Part shown: in pieces, positions 10,343 through 24,334 of the stretch
How the letters are laid out: every line of letters starts with the position of its first letter
Position numbering within the stretch: the first letter of the stretch is position 1
DNA from: Nemertoderma westbladi
Taxonomy: Eukaryota > Animalia > Xenacoelomorpha
Direction of reading: 5' to 3'
Length of the DNA stretch: 34,060 nucleotides
NCBI GenBank assembly: GCA_032718475.1
Contig: JAUCBJ010005620.1
Coordinates: 1-34,060 of the forward strand
Position numbers and translations under genes: made by a program
Notes under the pieces: generated by a model
Database searches by the model: none
Seen by the model: the letters and a program-made list of their open reading frames with translations, nothing else
Told to the model about the DNA's origin: nothing

Positions 10343-13300
10343 CTCACCCATCCATATAAAGCAATCCCACGCAACCTATAAAGCTGTCTCACCCGCCAAA
10401 TAAAGAAATCCCAACCAACCTATAAAGCTGTCTCACCCGCCATATAAAGCAATCTCACCCGCCATATAAAGCAATCCCACCCAACCTATAAAGCTGTCTC
10501 ACCCGCCAAATAAAGAAATCCCAACCAACCTATAAAGCTGTCTCACCCGCCAAATAAAGAAATCCCAACCAACCTATAAAGCTGTCTCACCCGCCATATA
10601 AAGCAATCTCACCCGCCATATAAAGCAATCCCACCCAACCTATAAAGCTGTCTCACCCGCCAAATAAAGCAATCCCAACCAACCTATAAAGCTGTCTCAC
10701 CCGCCAAATAAAGCAATCCCACCCAACCTATAAAGCTGTCTCACCCGCCAAATAAAGCAATCCCACCCAACCTATAAAGCTGTCTCACCCGCCATATAAA
10801 GCAATCCCAACCAACCTATAAAGCTGTCTCACCCGCCAAATAAAGCAATCCCAACCAACCTATAAAGCTGTCATAAAGCTGTCTCACCCGCCATATAAAG
10901 GAATCCCACCCAACCTATAAAGCTGTCTCACCCGCCATATAAAGCAATCCCAACCAACCTATAAAGCTGTCTCACCCGCCATATAAAGCAATCCCACCCA
11001 ACCTATAAAGCTGTCTGACCCGCCGTATAAAGCAATCCCACCCAACCTATAAAGCTGTCTCACCCGCCATATAAAGCAATCCCACCCAACCTATAAAGCT
11101 GTCTCACCCGCCAAATAAAGCAATCCCAACCAACCTATAAAGCTGTCATAAAGCTGTCTCACCCGCCATATAAAGCAATCCCACCCAACCTATAAAGCTG
11201 TCTCACCCGCCATATAAAGCAATCCCACGCAACCTATAAAGCTGTCATAAAGCTGTCTCACCCGCCATATAAAGCAATCCCAAACAACCTATAAGGCTGT
11301 CTCACCCGCCAAATAAAGCAATCCCACCCAACCTATAAAGCTGTCTCACCCGCCAAATAAAGCAATCCCACCCAACCTATAAAGCTGTCATAAAGCTGTC
11401 TCACCCGCCAAATAAAGAAATCCCAACCAACCTATAAAGCTGTCTCACCCGCCATATAAAGCAATCCCACCCAACCTATAAAGCTGTCTCACCCGCCATA
11501 TAAAGCAATCCCAACCAACCTATAAAGCTGTCTCACCCTCCATATAAAGCAATCCCACCCAACCTATAAAGCTGTCTCACCCGCCAAATAAAGCAATCCC
11601 ACCCAACCTATAAAGCTGTCTCACCCGCCAAATAAAGCAATCCCACCCAACCTATAAAGCTGTCTCACCCGCCATATAAAGCAATCCCACCCAACCTATA
11701 AAGCTGTCTCACCCGCCATATAAAGCAATCCCAACCAACCTATAAAGCTGTCTCACCCGCCATATAAAGCAATCCCACCCAACCTATAAAGCTGTCTCAC
11801 CCGCCATATAAAGAAATCCCAACCAACCTATAAAGCTGTCTCACCCGCCATATAAAGCAATCCCACCCAACCTATAAAGCTGTCTCACCCGCCATATAAA
11901 GCAATCCCACCCAACCTATAAAGCTGTCTCACCCGCCATATAAAGCAATCCCACCCAACCTATAAAGCTGTCTCACCCGCCATATAAAGCAATCCCAACC
12001 AACCTATAAAGCTGTCTCACCCGCCGTATAAAGCAATCCCACCCAACCTATAAAGCTGTCTCACCCGCCATATAAAGCAATCCCACCCAACCTATAAAGC
12101 TGTCTCACCCGCCGTATAAAGCAATCCCACCCAACCTATAAAGCTGTCTCACCCGCCATATAAAGCAATCCCACCCAACCTATAAAGCTGTCTCACCCGC
12201 CATATAAAGCAATCCCAACCAACCTATAAAGCTGTCTCACCCGCCATATAAAGCAATCCCACCCAACCTATAAAGCTGTCTCACCCGCCGTATAAAGCAA
12301 TCCTACCCAACCTATAAAGCTGTCTCACCCGCCATATAAAGCAATCCCACCCAACCTATAAAGCTGTCATAAAGCTGTCTCACCCGCCATATAAAGCAAT
12401 CCCAAACAACCTATAAAGCTGTCATAAAGCAATCCCACCCAACCTATAAAGCTGTCTCACCCGCCATATAAAGCAATCCCACCCAACCTATAAAGCTGTC
12501 TCACCCGCCATATAAAGCAATCCCACCCAACCTATAAAGCTGTCTCACCCGCCATATAAAGCAATCCCAACCAACCTATAAAGCTGTCTCACCCGCCATA
12601 TAAAGCAATCCCACCCAACCTATAAAGCTGTCTCACCCGCCATATAAAGCAATCATCAAACAACCTATAAAGCTGTCTCACCCGCCAAATAAAGCAATCC
12701 CAACCAACCTATAAAGCTGTCTCACCCGCCAAATAAAGCAATCCCAACCAACCTATAAAGCTGTCTCACCCGCCACATAAAGCAATCCCAACCAACCTAT
12801 AAAGCTGTCTCACCCGCCATATAAAGCAATCCCAACCAACCTATAAAGCTGTCTCACCCGCCATATAAAGCAATCCCAACCAACCTATAAAGCTGTCTCA
12901 CCCGCCAAATAAAGCAATCCCAACCAACCTATAAAGCTGTCTCACCCGCCATATAAAGCAATCCCAACCAACCTATAAAGCTGTCTCACCCGCCAAATAA
13001 AGCAATCCCAACCAACCTATAAAGCTGTCTCACCCGCCAAATAAAGCAATCCCAACCAACCTATAAAGCTGTCTCACCCGCCATATAAAGCAATCCCAAC
13101 CAACCTATAAAGCTGTCTCACCCGCCAAATAAAGCAATCCCAACCAACCTATAAAGCTGTCTCACCCGCCAAATAAAGCAATCCCAACCAACCTATAAAG
13201 CTGTCTCACCCGCCATATAAAGCAATCCCAACCAACCTATAAAGCTGTCTCACCCGCCATATAAAGCAATCCCACCCAACCTATAAAGCTGTCTCACCCG

Positions 13301-13353
13301 CCATATAAAGCAATCCCAACCAACCTATAAAGCTGTCTCACCCGCCATATAAA
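10343..13353 (+). repeat. 44-bp minisatellite, ~68 copies
   Basis: CTATAAAGCTGTCTCACCCGCCATATAAAGCAATCCCACCCAAC, built of two ~22-bp TATAAAGC subunits. Confidence 0.97.
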
Positions 13354-13404
13354 GGAATTTCACTCCGTATATGAAATGAGAAGAATAATCAAAATAACTT
13401 ATAT

Positions 13405-13410
13405 TTTATT
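13405..13410 (-). terminator. Candidate VCP poly(A) signal (second candidate at 13546-13551)
   Basis: Minus-strand AATAAA hexamers in the first AT-rich unique sequence after the VCP stop; the intervening repeat units contain none. Confidence 0.5.
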
Positions 13411-13734
13411 AATGTTACTACAATAGGAAATTTGGGACAAACATTGTCCTAAAACAAAGACAAACAGTGAAACAATCCAACAAATACTTTAGGGTGTAGC
13501 TGTAGAATTAATACAGTACCGAGATATTGCATTAAGTAAATTAACTTTATTATAATTTTACTTTTATAATTTTGGTGTAGGTCAGGTTTAGGTTAGGTAC
13601 GTAAACGGAAAAAATATGTTACAGCACAAATTCAACTGAAGAATCATAACCACATAAACACCAACAATAACTTAATAATAGTCCGTAATTGCTATGATGG
13701 GCGAGTCCAATAGGGAAAAAGAGGACACCAACCC

Positions 13735-15125
13735 ACGGGATTCACTGGAGACGCGCGTTACAATGCACGACCAATCAAAGGGACTCACTGGAGACGCGTG
13801 TTACAATGCACGACCAATCAACGGGACTCACTGGAGACGCGCGTTACAATGCACGACCAATCAAAGGGACTCACTGGAGACGCGTGTTACAATGCGCGAC
13901 CAATCAAAGGGACTCACGGAGACGCGTGTTACAATGCACGACCAATCAACGGGACTCACTGGAGACGCGCGTTACAATGCACGACCAATCAACGGGACTC
14001 ACTGGAGACGCGCGTTACAATGCGCGACCAATCAACGGGACTCACTGGAGACGCGCGTTACAATGCACGACCAATCAACGGGACTCACTGGAGACGCGCG
14101 TTACAATGCACGACCAATCAACGGGACTCACTGGAGACGCGCGTTACAATTCACGACCAATCAACGGGACTCACTGGAGACGCGCGTTACAATGCACGAC
14201 CAATCAACGGGACTCACTGGAGACGCGCGTTACAATGCACGACCAATCAACGGGACTCACTGGAGACGCGCGTTACAATGCGCGACCAATCAACGGGACT
14301 CACTGGAGACGCGCGGTACAATGCGCGACCAATCAAAGGGACTCACTGGAGACGCGCGTTACAATGCACGACCAATCAACGGGACTCACTGGAGACGCGC
14401 GTTACAATGCGCGACCAATCAACGGGACTCACTGGAGACGCGCGTTACAATGCGCGACCAATCAAAGGGACTCACTGGAGACGCGTGTTACAATGCACGA
14501 CCAATCAAAGGGACTTACTGGAGACGCGCGTTACAATGCACGACCAATCAACGGGACTCACTGGAGACGCGTGTTACAATGCACGACCAATCAACGGGAC
14601 TCACTGGAGACGCGCGTTACAATGCACGACCAATCAACGGGACTCACTGGAGACGCGCGTTACAATGCACGACCAATCAACGGGACTCACTGGAGACGCG
14701 CGTTACAATGCACGACCAATCAACGGGACTCACTGGAGACGCGCGTTACAATGCACGACCAATCAACGGGACTCACTGGAGACGCGCGTTACAATGCACG
14801 ACCAATCAACGGGACTCACTGGAGACGCGCGTTACAATGCACGACCAATCAACGGGACTCACTGGAGACGCGCGTTACAATGCACGACCAATCAACGGGA
14901 CTCACTGGAGACGCGTGTTACAATGCACGACCAATCAACGGGACTCACTGGAGACGCGCGTTACAATGCACGACCAATCAACGGGACTCACTGGAGACGC
15001 GTGTTACAATGCGCGACCAATCAACGGGACTCACTGGAGACGCGCGTTACAATGCACGACCAATCAACGGGACTCAGTGGAGACGCGCGTTACAATGCAC
15101 GACCAATCAACGGGACTCACTGGAG
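13735..15125 (+). repeat. 43-bp CpG-rich minisatellite, ~32 copies, in the presumed VCP 3' UTR
   Basis: GGAGACGCGCGTTACAATGCACGACCAATCAACGGGACTCACT. Confidence 0.97.
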
Positions 15126-15420
15126 ACCAATCAACACGCTTCCCCAGAGAGCCCCGTCTCGTAGCAACCAATCAACACGCTTCCCCAGAGAGGCCCGTCT
15201 CGTAGCAACCAATCAACACGCTTCCCCAGAGAGCCCCGTCTCGTAGCAACCAATCAACACGCTTCCCCAGAGAGCCCCCGTCCCGTAGCAACCAATCAAC
15301 ACGCTTCCCCAGAGAGCCCCCGTCCCGTATCAACCAATCAACACGCTTCCCCAGAGAGCCCCGTCCCGTAGCAACCAATCAACACGCTTCCCCAGAGAGA
15401 CCAGTCCCGTATCAACCAAT
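15126..15420 (+). repeat. 41-42-bp minisatellite, ~7 copies, starting just after the VCP stop
   Basis: ACCAATCAACACGCTTCCCCAGAGAGCCCCGTCTCGTAGCA. Confidence 0.95.
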
Positions 15421-15428
15421 TAGCACGT

Positions 15429-15647
<219 letters not shown>

Positions 15648-15665
15648 TTAAAATTAAAATTTTTA

Positions 15666-16043
15666 GCAGCAGCTTGGTCTAGTGGTGACATTACTGTGCT
15701 TCCGATTAGGGAGCCCAGGTTCGATCCCTAGAGGGGGCAGCACTGTTTGGGCACGGTGCTTTAAATGCTGCATCCTAGCCCAACCCAACCCCGGCTTTCA
15801 TCCTTCAGTGGTCGATAAATGGGAACCAAGGCAACTTGGGAAACAGAGTGGAAGGGTTTACTGAGAAAGATCGCCCATGGTGGTGAACAGGAATTCATTT
15901 AGGAAACAGGGTGGACGGGTTTACTGTGGAAGATCATCCATGGTGGTGAACAGACATTCATTTAGGAAACAGAGTGGAAGGGTTTATTGTGGAAGATCAC
16001 CCATGGTGGTGAACAGGCATTCCTTGGCTTAACGAGCCTAAAA
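15666..16043 (+). mobile_element. tRNA-derived SINE, with a central domain resembling Meta/MESC-type SINE cores and three 63-bp 3' tandem repeats
   Basis: A box TGGTCTAGTGG (15675-15685); B box GGTTCGATCCC (15718-15728); GGCTTTCATCCTTCAGTGGTCGATAAATG (~15793-15821); GGAAACAG units at 15839, 15902, 15965. Confidence 0.8.
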
Positions 16044-18581
16044 GATTCTCCCATTCCTACTGATTTTCTTGAATTACTCGATCTAGCTCTAACTGAACTT
16101 ACTAAAAACAACTATGATGTAATTATCACAGGAGATATTAATATTAACCTTCTAAAATCAACCACTACTTCCAAATCCTATACTGACCTCATTAATTCCT
16201 ACGGTTTTATACAACTTATCAACCAACCTACACGTGTTTTTCATAATGAACTACCCGATCAGACAATACACTCTGAAACTCTTATAGATCATATACTTAC
16301 AAACATTACTAATTATACTACTACAGCCGGTACTTTTAACTCACAAATAGGCACTTCTGATCACTATGCTACATTCGTTATCCTCCAGAAGTACTCCTGT
16401 TACTTTCATCCAGCAGCTCCACACACAATATTCGATTACTCGCGTTTTAACAAGGATCAATTTCTGAGAGACGTAGCCAGTAGTAAATCTTGGTCTTATC
16501 TAACTCCAACTATAGCCGACAAGGACAAACTAGACTCTTTCTACTCCGATTTTAATTCTATCTGCGACAAACATTTACCTAAGAAATCTATTCCACCCCG
16601 TAAAAAATTATCTAAACCCTGGATGACTGATAATCTTATCAAAAGCTCCATTAATAAAAACAAATTATACAGAATTTACATTAGGAATCCTACCCCTGCT
16701 AATACTCTTGCTTACAAAACCTATAGGAATAAATTAACTTCTACTCTAAGGGCTGCCGAGAAGGCCTATTACTCTAGTGAATTCGAAACTAACTCAGGTA
16801 ACATACGCAAAACATGGATAATTATAAACTCTGCATTAAATAAAACAAAACATTTAAATACTCCAAAAAAACTAACTATCCGTACTGATAATTCTGCCAA
16901 AACCATCACCGACCCAAAGCAAATTGCTGAAGCTTTCAACCTACACTTTACTACCATAGGACCTAAACTAGCCAACGATATTCCTAAATCCAACCGCTCC
17001 CCACTACGCTTCATTAACCACACTCGCTCTAACTCATTTTCACTGGTAGAGACATCCCCTGTCGAAGTCGAATATCTAATCCTCCAATTAGACCCCAAAT
17101 CTGCATCTCATGATTGTTTCCCCATTAAACTATTACAGTTGTCTGCTAAATTACTATCTATTCATCTATCTCACCTAATTAACCTATCGATAACTCAAGG
17201 CTTCTTCCCTAAGGCTCTTAAATCGGCCAAAGTCATTCCCGTATTCAAGAGTGCCGACCCATCGGACACTAATAACTACCGACCTATTTCTCTTCTACCC
17301 GTAATAAGCAAACTGTACGAATCCATAATTAATAACCAACTACTCTCGTACCTAAAAAAATATTCCATATTGTCTAATTCTCAATTCGGCTTTCGCCCTA
17401 AATCTACAACATCCCATGCTCTGCTATCCGTTGTAGAGAATATTCACAAATACTTAGACCAAAAACTATTCACCAGTGCTATCTATATAGATCTAAAAAA
17501 GGCTTTCGACACTATTGATCACTCTATCCTAACCTCTAAGCTAAACTCCTATGGTATCCGGGGAATACCACAGCAACTACTCTCAAGCTTCCTAGATTCT
17601 AGAACCCAATTTGTTTCTATCGGTAACCACCATTCTTCTAGTTTACCTATTACATGTGGTGTCCCACAAGGCGCCACTATCTCGCCAATCCTATTCCTAT
17701 TGTATATCAACGACCTTCCTAATGCTACCTCACTAATCTCAACATTATTTGCTGACGACACAACTCTTCATATAGATAAACCTAATCTGGACTCTTTAAT
17801 CTCCATAACTAACTCTGAATTATCTAAGATTGCGGACTGGCTATCAGACAACCGTCTATCTCTCAATATATCTAAGACTGAATATGCTATATACTCTAAT
17901 TACCCTAATACTCACTCCGACCCAATACTAATTAACCATTTCCCCATTACTCGGAAACCACATTCTAAATTTCTAGGGGTTCTAGTAGATGACAACTTAA
18001 ACTGGAAATCTCACATTAAACATATTACGTCTAAAATCTCTAGAACCTCCGGAATATTCTACAAACTGCGTCACATATTTCCCCTTCGTATACTTCGCCA
18101 ACTATATTTTTCACTTGTACACCCCTATTTATTGTATGGCATTCTACTCTGGGGCAAAACCCATTCTTATACCCTACAACCCCTACGTATAAAAATAAAC
18201 ATACTCCTCCGCTGTATTACTTTCTCGCACTACCGAGCTTCTTCTAAACCTATCTATAAGTCTCTCGGCATCCTACCTATTGACCTCCTCTATAAGCACC
18301 AAGTAGGATCCCTCATGTACGATGTAAACGCTAACTTATTTAAACCTGATTCTACTCTAGGCTCATTATTCACCAAAATTTCCTCTGTACACAGATATCC
18401 AACTCGCCTTGCTACTACGGATGGTTTCTCTATTCCGAAGGTCCGCCTAACTTCCTCCAAAGCTTCCATGAATTATCAAGGCCCTTCAATTTGGAACGCA
18501 CTACCATCTCAATTAAAACACTCAAAATCAAAAAAAGCATTTTCGTCAGCGTATAAATACCACCTGTTAATGTCCCTGTAG
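15987..18581 (+). CDS. LINE ORF2: C-terminal half of APE endonuclease plus complete reverse transcriptase
   Basis: GDININL, IDHIL, SDH (APE); NYRPISLL, QFGFR, DLKKAFD, GVPQG, LFADDT, KFLGV (RT); IWNALP C-terminus; the first ~19 codons derive from the SINE and the APE N-terminus is missing. Confidence 0.9.
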   Translation: MWKITHGGEQAFLGLTSLKDSPIPTDFLELLDLALTELTKNNYDVIITGDININLLKSTTTSKSYTDLINSYGFIQLINQPTRVFHNELPDQTIHSETLIDHILTNITNYTTTAGTFNSQIGTSDHYATFVILQKYSCYFHPAAPHTIFDYSRFNKDQFLRDVASSKSWSYLTPTIADKDKLDSFYSDFNSICDKHLPKKSIPPRKKLSKPWMTDNLIKSSINKNKLYRIYIRNPTPANTLAYKTYRNKLTSTLRAAEKAYYSSEFETNSGNIRKTWIIINSALNKTKHLNTPKKLTIRTDNSAKTITDPKQIAEAFNLHFTTIGPKLANDIPKSNRSPLRFINHTRSNSFSLVETSPVEVEYLILQLDPKSASHDCFPIKLLQLSAKLLSIHLSHLINLSITQGFFPKALKSAKVIPVFKSADPSDTNNYRPISLLPVISKLYESIINNQLLSYLKKYSILSNSQFGFRPKSTTSHALLSVVENIHKYLDQKLFTSAIYIDLKKAFDTIDHSILTSKLNSYGIRGIPQQLLSSFLDSRTQFVSIGNHHSSSLPITCGVPQGATISPILFLLYINDLPNATSLISTLFADDTTLHIDKPNLDSLISITNSELSKIADWLSDNRLSLNISKTEYAIYSNYPNTHSDPILINHFPITRKPHSKFLGVLVDDNLNWKSHIKHITSKISRTSGIFYKLRHIFPLRILRQLYFSLVHPYLLYGILLWGKTHSYTLQPLRIKINILLRCITFSHYRASSKPIYKSLGILPIDLLYKHQVGSLMYDVNANLFKPDSTLGSLFTKISSVHRYPTRLATTDGFSIPKVRLTSSKASMNYQGPSIWNALPSQLKHSKSKKAFSSAYKYHLLMSL

Positions 18582-18940
18582 TTAGGCCCATGCCCACTTT
18601 TTATATCTCACCACGTATCTTTTATTATAGTCGCTGCCATTTATTGCCTCTCAAAGTCTTCTATCCCAGAATGCTACTGCTACACTATTCGGCTGACCAT
18701 CAATTATATCTTATACAATAAAGCTCAAAAACCAGACAAATTCTAGAGGAGCAGACACGCCCACCCACCCCCCCCCCCCCCACCCCACCTCCAACCCATC
18801 AATTTCCAGTCGGAGTAGCAGGCTATACTAGCTTCGCTATTGTCTGCTACTTCGTCATCACCATCACCTTCATCCAATGTTTGTATTGATTGTACTGAAA
18901 TAGGAAATTGTTGAAAGGAAAAATAAATTGAAATTGAAAT
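16044..18940 (+). mobile_element. 5'-truncated non-LTR retrotransposon (L2/Crack/Daphne-like), antisense in the last VCP intron
   Basis: Uninterrupted partial ORF2; 3' UTR stem-loop 18811-18854; AATAAA plus (TTGAAA)n tail ~18922-18940. Confidence 0.92.
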
Positions 18941-19203
18941 TCTTTATTCAAAATTAAAATTTTAATTATTAAGGGGTTATCACCTTAAATCGATTTTTAT
19001 TGTATTTTTATAGCTACTGTTTTGAAACTTTAACACAATTATCTGTGATCTTTAACTAAGAAAACTGACTAGGGATACCTTAGCAAACCAATTTGTTCGA
19101 AAAATATGGGACTTTTTGTGCAAGTCGGTTGTTTTCAAAATTTGTAAAGAATTTGAAGATTTTTAAGAAAAATATCTCATGTAGAAGGATCTGTAGTACC
19201 AAA

Positions 19204-21176
19204 TGGGTTGCAGGTCTCGGTCCAAGAGTTTGGCCCATTGAACCTTGGGTTGCAGTTTTCGGTCCAAGAGTTTGGCCCATTGAACCTTGGGTTGCAGGTC
19301 TCGGTCCAAGAGTTTGGCCCATTGAACCTTGGGTTGCAGGTCTCGGTCCAAGAGTTTGGCCCATTGAACCTTGGGTTGCAGGTCTCGGTCCAAGAGTTTG
19401 GCCCATTGAACCTTGGGTTGCAGTTCTCGGTCCAAGAGTTTGGCCCATTGAACCTTGGGTTGCAGGTCTCGGTCCAAGAGTTTGGCCCATTGAACCTTGG
19501 GTTGCAGGTCTCGGTCCAAGAGTTTGGCCCATTGAACCTTGGGTTGCAGGTCTCGGTCCAAGAGTTTGGCCCATTGAACCTTGGGTTGCAGTTCTCGGTC
19601 CAAGAGTTTGGCCCATTGAACCTTGGGTTGCAGGTCTCGGTCCAAGAGCTTGGCCCATTGAATCTTGGGTTGCAGGTCTCGGTCCAAGAGTTTGGCCCAT
19701 TGAACCTTGGGTTGCAGGTCTCGGTCCAAGAGTTTGGCCCATTGAACCTTGGGTTGCAGGTCTCGGTCCAAGAGTTTGGCCCATTGAATCTTGGGTTGCA
19801 GGTCTCGGTCCAAGAGTTTGGCCCATTGAACCTTGGGTTGCAGGTCTCGGTCCAAGAGTTTGGCCTATTGAACCTTGGGTTGCAGGTCTCGGTCCAAGAG
19901 TTTGGCCCATTGAACCTTGGGTTGCAGTTCTCGGTCCAAGAGTTTGGCCCATTGAACCTTGGGTTGCAGGTCTCGGTCCAAGAGTTTGGCCCATTGAACC
20001 TTGGGTTGCAGTTCTCGGTCCAAGAGTTTGGCCCATTGAACCTTGGGTTGCAGGTCTCGGTCCAAGAGTTTGGCCTATTGAACCTTGGGTTGCAGGTCTC
20101 GGTCCAAGAGTTTGGCCCATTGAACCTTGGGTTGCAGTTCTCGGTCCAAGAGTTTGGCCCATTGAACCTTGGGTTGCAGGTCTCGGTCCAAGAGTTTGGC
20201 CCATTGAACCTTGGGTTGCAGTTCTCGGTCCAAGAGTTTGGTCCATTGAACCTTGGGTTGCAGGTCTCGGTCCAAGAGTTTGGCCCATTGAACCTTGGGT
20301 TGCAGGTCTCGGTCCAAGAGTTTGGCCCATTGAACCTTGGGTTGCAGGTCTCGGTCCAAGAGCTTGGCCCATTGAATCTTGGGTTGCAGGTCTCGGTCCA
20401 AGAGTTTGGCCCATTGAACCTTGGGTTGCAGGTCTCGGTCCAAGAGTTTGGCCCATTGAACCTTGGGTTGCAGGTCTCGGTCCAAGAGTTTGGCCCATTG
20501 AATCTTGGGTTGCAGGTCTCGGTCCAAGAGTTTGGCCCATTGAACCTTGGGTTGCAGGTCTCGGTCCAAGAGTTTGGCCTATTGAACCTTGGGTTGCAGG
20601 TCTCGGTCCAAGAGTTTGGCCCATTGAACCTTGGGTTGCAGTTCTCGGTCCAAGAGTTTGGCCCATTGAACCTTGGGTTGCAGGTCTCGGTCCAAGAGTT
20701 TGGCCCATTGAACCTTGGGTTGCAGTTCTCGGTCCAAGAGTTTGGCCCATTGAACCTTGGGTTGCAGGTCTCGGTCCAAGAGTTTGGCCCATTGAACCTT
20801 GGGTTGCAGTTCTCGGTCCAAGAGTTTGGCCCATTGAACCTTGGGTTGCAGGTCTCGGTCCAAGAGTATGGCCCATTGAACCTTGGGTTGCAGTTCTCGG
20901 TCCAAGAGTTTGGCCTATTGAACCTTGGGTTACAGGTCTCGGTCCAAGAGTTTGGCCCATTGAACCTTGGGTTGCAGGTCTCGGTCCAAGAGTTTGGCCC
21001 ATTGAACCTTGGGTTGCAGGTCTCGGTCCAAGAGTTTGGCCCATTGAACCTTGGGTTGCAGTTCTCGGTCCAAGAGTTTGGCCTATTGAACCTTGGGTTG
21101 CAGGTCTCGGTCCAAGAGTTTGGCCCATTGAACCTTGGGTTGCAGGTCTCGGTCCAAGAGTTTGGCCCATTGAACT
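19204..21176 (+). repeat. 42-bp minisatellite, ~47 copies
   Basis: TGGGTTGCAGGTCTCGGTCCAAGAGTTTGGCCCATTGAACCT. Confidence 0.97.
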
Positions 21177-21611
21177 TAGATAGGTTCTCCCCTTTATGGG
21201 GGTTTCAGTATGTTCAGGCTTTATTTCGGGCTTCATATATTTTGAGGTAGACAAAGAGAAGCAGTTACATAATGGATCATTGAACATCTAAATGGACATA
21301 TTTTACAAAACCAATACACACGATTGTAGCCCTAGATGCTGAACATTTTTGTATGTTTGATAAAAATTGTGTGAAAAATAAAAAAGTGGTAGAGAAATTA
21401 GTGATGGAAATTGTCAAATTCGGCAAACTGAGAAAAACGTTGTTTTATACAGAGAGTCATGAATATTAGCAATAAATTATGTTGTTGAAAAGTTATGTTT
21501 TGTGTTGGAATATTACAATGGTGAAAACCGATGTCACCACGTGAAAGCCCTTCTATCAAACCACAAAAGCAGAAGAAAAAAAATTTTAAAAAATTTCAAA
21601 ATTTTCAGAAA

Positions 21612-21840
<229 letters not shown>

Positions 21841-21926
21841 GATAGGCATTCATACAGATGGACTATAGATAATATAGACAATCACCAATATTATAAATTA
21901 GTTAGTTAGTTTCCATGGATACAAAC

Positions 21927-22093
21927 TTTGTTATATTGGGTACTGGGTCTTCATCATCATCCATCATCGACTCGGGATTGGCTGCCCGTCTTCTTTCCCG
22001 CTCAATATCTTTAGAAATCGATTCACCAATGGCCAATTTACAGGCTCTTTGGCAAATCTCGGTAAGATCAGCACCACTGTATCCATGGGTTAC
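21927..22093 (-). CDS. VCP: VCP exon (D2 helical subdomain); not listed in the ORF track
   Basis: Manual translation: tacacag|[55 protein letters not shown](K)|gtttgt; 167 bp, phase 0 in, phase 2 out. Confidence 0.95.
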
Positions 22094-22211
22094 CTGTGTA
22101 AATAGAGTTAAATCACTCTATAGTTACTAAATAAGTGACGTGTACATCTTGTTCCAGAGTATATAGAATCATAACCACCCATCCCTTCTCATTATACATT
22201 CTAGGTACCTG

Positions 22212-24334
<2,123 letters not shown>

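Noticed and set aside
10343-13353. CRISPR-like regular repeats (also the other arrays)
   Set aside because: Head-to-tail units without unique spacers, no cas genes, spliceosomal eukaryotic context
13694-15246. Three 450-500 aa ORFs in all plus frames
   Set aside because: A stop-free 43-bp unit (not a multiple of 3) yields the same periodic peptide in every frame; antisense to the VCP 3' region
15666-15740. tRNA gene
   Set aside because: A and B boxes are present but the acceptor stem is not convincing and the sequence runs into a SINE body
18968-21196. Kolobok-like TIR element (TTAAGGGG...CCCCTTTA) enclosing the 42-bp array
   Set aside because: Terminal match is too short and the right-hand TTAA is imperfect
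19080-21287. 680-735 aa repetitive ORFs on both strands
   Set aside because: By-products of a stop-poor 42-bp minisatellite in an intron; no unique domain
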